NCBI GenBank assembly: GCA_000934665.2 | Contig: KZ538892.1 | Location: 1-42,101, forward strand | From: Catajapyx aquilonaris | Lineage: Eukaryota | Length of the DNA: 42,101 bases | Direction of reading: 5' to 3' | Shown: positions 36,311 to 42,101 of the stretch, piece by piece | Position numbering within the stretch: the first letter of the stretch is position 1 | Layout of the letters: each line of letters starts with the position of its first letter | Program-made: the position numbers and the translations under genes | The notes under the pieces: generated by a model | Told to the model about the DNA's origin: nothing | The model's database searches: none | What the model saw: the letters and a program-made list of their open reading frames with translations, nothing else

Positions 36311-36840
36311 AAAAATATTTGAAGTAAGTCACTGATCGCATTGGCAGAAAAAGACACTGTACAATAAATCTGAACAACTGCGCTGTATTGTTGCATTATG
36401 AGCGCACTTGGAGAAGCACTTATACAGTAAAAATACTTCGCAGCTAAGCCACATGATGTGTATACTGCCATTAAGTACAGGATATTTACTCAGAGGTGGT
36501 GACACAACTTGGCGGCCTTTTTTCTTTCAGAATAAGCTGTTGGGTTGTCGTGCGCATCCTTTTGGAATGGATCTTTGAGTTCCTTCCAAAAACTACATCA
36601 TTTCATTGCCCTTTTGGCTCGCCATCTCATGGCCGAACGCTGAGTAGGTAGGGAACTATTCATAGTGGACGACAATAAATCATTTACATCCCGTTCCCTA
36701 CATCTTGATAGTCAGTCACGGTTCTATCAATAATGTAGGGGAAAGCATCGAATTATAGGATGTTTCTATAATAATATGTGCACTCGGCAGAAAGTTTATA
36801 TTTTATATAGAATGGTGCCAAAGGTGCTTGCTCGCTTCTC

Positions 36841-37158
36841 GGATTCAAGCTCCTTGCAATATTCCAAGAATAAATTATCCTAGTTGGTTTTATCGATTTC
36901 GTCTCTATTACAAAAATAATAGCTTGTGAAGTGGAATCGCATTGACCCTATATAGGTTATAGGACGTATCCTGCAGGCTAGGAAACTCGACAATCATCTA
37001 TGCTACACGGATCGCCTGGCGGGCAGGATGAGACCTATCACCAGTCAGCGTGTTACGCCGATTCAAAACTTCACAAGCTATTATCTCAGTAAGAAATCCA
37101 AAATCTTCAAAATCAATAGGGCAATTTCATCTTAGAATATCACAAGGAGACTAAATTC
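36841..37158. mobile_element. Old MITE with degenerate inverted arms
   Basis: ATAATAGCTTGTGAAGT (about 36916-36932) pairs with ACTTCACAAGCTATTAT (about 37068-37084), with weaker pairing further out. Confidence 0.55.
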
Positions 37159-38462
37159 AAGAGGAAGTGTTCACATTGGCCACCACCCTGAATATAGGTT
37201 GAAAGAACTGTGATTTGTGCAGTACATGTACAAGTCGATTGGATTGCAGGCTATACCGTAGTGACATACTCGAACTGATATACTGTATATATAAAAAACA
37301 CCTAAACTCTCACAATGAGGACGATGATCCCGAAATAGGAGCTCAGCTGTCCGGGGGTGAGGGGTGATTGGGGGCTCCAGGAAGGTGTTGGCAGGAATCC
37401 CTTTGGCCGGCCAGAAGCTACGGTTTTGTCACACTCAACATGCTGGTTGCTGATTCGATCATACTCACTTGAACATGTCATATTGTACTATTAAATCTAC
37501 AGTTACATTGTGTTACTCTATTACGTTACATTTTTTCTTTGTCTCAGACACGGTCAAATACGTGTATTTTATTACACTCTATTTTTTTAAAAATGGACGG
37601 CGAAGTTAGGGTAAATCCGCCAATGTGATAACCAGTCTCTAGTATTTCAGTTGACAACTTACGGCATTACAGTGTATCGTCTCAAGGTTTTGGACATTAT
37701 AAAAGGTGGCTAATTTGTGCAAGCTCCAGAAAACCCCACTGACCCAGACGGATAGACTGGAATAGATTTGGGATGGTATGATTTCAAGTAGCATCTCTTG
37801 GGAATGGGGGTGGGAGTTGCGTTCTACATTACACTAGCCTAGATACCAGGTGTAAACTAATAATGGTACAGTACAGTATACACAGTATAGTTATATACTT
37901 CAAAATAATGTATCAGTATATACTAGCAGTGACATTGGGCAGGACATTCATTTGCGTCATAGTGTATTGTAACCCTATGAGCATGGTGGATATGACTGTC
38001 ACGCTATCACGACTCATCTTTGCAGAAATTGATATGTAGCCTATACCTATTATATATAATTGTCTCGTCTTAATTTCCACTAGTGGGTGGCATTAAGGAT
38101 AAAAAAGGGTAACAGAATTTATAATATCCACCGAGCAAAAGATGCATTACAGTAAGCTAATAGCCAATAAATCTGATTCTTCTTGATTATTGATCGGTGC
38201 AGTCCGTTCTGGGTGTGCCAAGCTCTCCCCTATAATCCAGAATCTACTACACAGTATAACTGTATAAGGCATTCTTCTGTACATATAAATATCATACAAT
38301 TGCTCATAATGTATAATGTGCACTCTTAACTATAGCTATGCCAAATACGTGATATCAAATAATTTAACAAAATGTTACGAGATTGTGAAGTAGACTACTG
38401 TTTATTGGTCGAGAAATTTACATTAAAGCGAGTATTACTTACTGTTACCGTTATAGAACGAG

Positions 38463-38794
38463 GGAGGGAGGCGGAGTGGCGCTGCGGTAACGTATGCGCC
38501 CACGGATGTTAAGGTCCCGGGTTCGATCCCAGCCCGGGGTTCCCCCCTTCATCTCGTGCAGAGTTGGGCCATCTCTGGCTTCGTCTCGGGTGGAATTTCC
38601 GCTAAACATATCCACCCGGGGGAGTTCACAAACTATGTACCATGTTAGAACCTTTGCACTGCACATTGCACATCCCCTCCTGTCACCCTGCCCGTGGGCC
38701 CGGGCATTTCGCGAAAGGTCCCCACGAATGGCTAAAATAAAGGTCCATGATTGTACCCAAGGGGTCAGAAGCACTACCCACAATTATTATTATA
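38463..38794 (+). mobile_element. tRNA-derived SINE, family B, full length
   Basis: A-box-like TGGCGCTGCGG, B box GGTTCGATCC, (ATT)n tail, TSD ATAGAACGAG (38453-38462 and 38795-38804). Confidence 0.88.
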
Positions 38795-41094
38795 ATAGAA
38801 CGAGTCGCATATCTAATAAGTTAGCGTAGCTAAGTTTTCCTGATATTTCTGGAGAGTTAGTAACACGTAGCCTACATGATATTATGAATATGCCATGATG
38901 TACTGTAATTGTTTTACAAATGGGAAAATATACCGTACACTCACGCATAGTTATCCCACAAACACTATTTTTATTGGATATCGACTTTGGTGAACAATGG
39001 GCTGTAAAAACTGAAGAAAAACTGCAGACCCCCAATAATCGTATGCGGCCATTTTGAATTTATAGAATGCAAATTCGCGATGCTTCTAACGCTAATCGCA
39101 ACGCAAGCTATCTTACAGGGTTCGGAAATTTAATCGACCGTCGCTTTGGGAAATGGTGGTGGTGGTGGTGGTGGTGGAGGGGGGGGGGGGGTTATAGCCG
39201 ATGCATAGTTGCCGACACACACAAGTTATCAAATATCCTGGCACGTATGCGTCCACGCGACCTCACCTTTTTTATTTAAATTTAAGGTGTTACCATGTTA
39301 TTTAATTTTAATTTACGATCCTGCTAGGTGTAGCAGGGAATGTCTTAGGACCTAGGCGATGGAAGTGTGGTAAGCAGTATTCTAAACATATAAGCTGGGA
39401 TAATGCACTTTTTATTTAATGCTAATTATCTCGGCAACTATGCGTCGGAGACCCACGTTGCGTATACTCGAAGTGATCGCCTAGAACCCCACTATCATTT
39501 CCCAAGGCGACGGTAGATTAAATTTCCGCACCCTGTATATTAATTTTACACTATTGATAATTACGTATGAGTTCCTCTTGGTCAGTACACATGAAACGGC
39601 TGCATAAGTACAGTTTAACGCAGTTAACGTACAGGTAAACAATGTGGCCCCTAAAGGGGTTCATCCCCCTGTGGGCAAAGTACACAGAAGGCAGAAGGGA
39701 AGAACCGCTGTGTGTAATGAGTACCAACTGGGAGTTCAATCCACGGAGTGAAGATATTTCAAGCATCTTTCAGCCCCATGCATTCGGGAATTTCCTTGAC
39801 AGATATTACTGTCCTTCGCCTAAACGATTTCAACCACTAGTCTATCGAGAATAGAAAATCACGCATGTGATGTGGTCGATGTGGATATACCACTCGCCAA
39901 CCGCTCCCTCCCACTGCGTCCCACCGCTGCTTGAACATGGCAAACGGCGAACATTATTCAAATATTTAAATTGCGGCTAATAGAAGCCTGCCGAGTATAT
40001 CGGGTCGAGTTCATGACCCGAGAGACGCGCACGAGCAAATGGCAGATCAGAGAAAAGCAGTACTTGGAACATTATTATTGCAGACAGCAATCCAGCGAAA
40101 CATTTTGTAAATATTTCCATCAAAGCTCTGCAGAAAACCCTTTCACAACAAAAGAGTACCAACTGTGTCGCTATACATATCGCCATGACCCACTTTTAGT
40201 TGCCTGCGGTTGTCGAACTTATAGGATATTGAATGTCCGGCTTTCATAATATTGTCACCGCGGTCATCTTGAACATCCAATTTGCTGTAAAGCTTTTGAG
40301 AGTGACGCTCGCCCATTTTGCTTTTAAGATCTATCTACCCACACTGCAGCTCAGTACATAACAAAAACTTTCCCTCGCATTTTTTCGAGATGTCCAAATA
40401 AATATCGCTATATAAATTCCCCATTTAACGAACCAATTGTGAAAACCTTATACTTAAAACTGGCTCCATTTAAATGGCAAGCTACCCCAGCTGTGACAAA
40501 TCTGAATACAAGCATGACAAGCCAGATCTGCTCCAGACCAATTGGCAGTGTAAGGGTTGATGATGATGATGCAGTTCTTGAGCAATCAACTTGTCGTCTG
40601 CAAGCCAGGATTTGTTCAAAAAAGAGCAAAATTGCTGGTGAATTTAGTGTTGGCGAGGAAGGCAGGGCAGGCCGGTACAAGTAGTGTAGTTAGTAAGTTA
40701 TCGACTCATGGTCCGGCGCATGTCTGCTTCCACAGAGGGAGAGAGAGGCCTGAGTGGGATATTGGGAGTCGAGACAGCGCCCATTGGGCGACAGGAGCGT
40801 CTCCCTTTTCCGCCCTTTCCATCTCTCGGATGTTGCTGGGATGATACGCATCATTTTACACGTACTTTTACACGCATCGTCAATACTGTGATACGCATCA
40901 ATGATTATTTCCGGTGGGAGGAAATGAGGCTTTCAGTACTTTATATGTGACGTAAGGCGTCAAATAGGACCTATAGCGGATTAGTCGGGATGTCCCCCCT
41001 AGTTAGGATAAGCCAAGATCAGGACATACACTGCACTAGCACACTTAGCGGAAGGGGCTCGAAACAGAGCTAGGTCACGTAGTATGAACACTGT

Positions 41095-41245
41095 GCATGA
41101 GAGGGAGTGCAGTGCAGTGGGAGGAGACGGGAGAACCTCGAGAAAACCCACGCGAGACATGGAGAGAAACCATCGGAATTTGACATGGGAAATCCCCTGT
41201 CAGAACCGGGGATCGTACTCGGGACCTCAAACTACTTCACCATCT
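41095..41245 (-). mobile_element. V-like SINE copy
   Basis: Minus strand GGTCCCGAGTACGATCCCCGG and GCGTGGGTTTTCTCGAGGTTCTCCCGTCTCCTCCCAC match the 3277 copy. Confidence 0.7.
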
Positions 41246-41909
41246 CGCGCAAATATTATATTTCCAGCTTTATTGAACATAATTAAAATTCGTGTAAATC
41301 ATTGACCAATCAAACGTAAGTTTTGGCTTTTGTTTGCAGTGTTAGCCGTAGAGCGACTTATTGCGTAGAACGCGAACTTATTGCGTAGATATATCTATTT
41401 TCATGACTAGCAATCTAGTAATGATTGTAAACTTTGCTCGACGTCTGTTATTTATGTCAAATTTGCATATATATTAACCCAGTGAGTTATCTGATAGGAT
41501 GTGCTGGAGCTCCCACACTCAGCCAGCTAATAGGTTACGCTTTCAGATTTTATTTGCCGAAGTAATAGGTAAACATTATGACTGCCGATAACACCAATAT
41601 ACCGCAATATACGTACAGTACACAAAGTCATGCAGCAGAGTGGGAATTAGGGCTGTCTTGTCTGCATTAAGTTAATGATTTGTCTGTTAATGTAGAATAT
41701 TTAGAATAGAAGGGTAGTTTAATAGTCTATCAAAGAGCTGAATGACCATATTATACTCCATCCCCTATATATGTACAGAATGTTTCTTTGCCTAAAGTGA
41801 CGCCCCCAGCAGCAGAGATATGGGAGAGTTGGTAATATATTATATGGGAGAGTTGGTAGCATAATCACCCCTGGTCCGAATTATTACACCAGTCCAGACT
41901 GGTCTCTTA

Positions 41910-42034
41910 GGGCCGGTTTCACCGAGCTTGGTATATGATAAAACCAGGTTTCTTTAGGAAAATCCATACAAATAGATAGGGATTTTGAGAAATACCTTGG
42001 TTTTATCATATACTGAGCTCGGTGAAATCGGCCC
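41910..42034. mobile_element. PIF/Harbinger (Tourist)-type MITE, 125 bp
   Basis: Near-complete palindrome GGGCCGGTTTCACCGAGCT...AGCTCGGTGAAATCGGCCC with 3-bp TSD TTA on both sides. Confidence 0.88.
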
Positions 42035-42101
42035 TTAGAACTTCCTCTATATCTTTTTACGTATTTCGAGTTTGTTTACAATATTTCTCTCTCTCTCTCT
42101 C

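Noticed and set aside
40408..40950. Overlapping short ORFs as an upstream exon or second gene
   Set aside because: No recognisable homology and no convincing splice-site pair.

Overview
Animal (invertebrate) genomic DNA, AT-rich, with one 160-N assembly gap. The window holds one spliced protein-coding gene on the minus strand, a Tau/MAP2/MAP4-family microtubule-associated protein with five microtubule-binding repeats that closely resembles Drosophila Tau as I recall it. Seven coding exons join in frame: 29992-28255, 22235-22201, 16935-16692, 15844-15639, 15006-14821, 8890-8684 and 8609-8553. They total 2673 nt, or 890 aa plus stop. Several of these exons are absent from the ORF track. Candidate alternative elements are a Cys-rich first exon beside a CRE/CCAAT site (34086-34033) whose frame reaches the main ORF only through a -1 shift at an A7 run, a 36-nt cassette exon between repeats 4 and 5, a 51-nt cassette or alternative first exon, and a retainable 74-nt terminal intron. 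Introns and flanks are full of non-autonomous elements: tRNA-derived SINEs, hAT-, Tc1/pogo-, Kolobok- and Harbinger-like MITEs (several nested), a Helitron and microsatellites. I found no prokaryotic-type system, CRISPR array or intact transposase. All family assignments come from motif recognition, not database searches.
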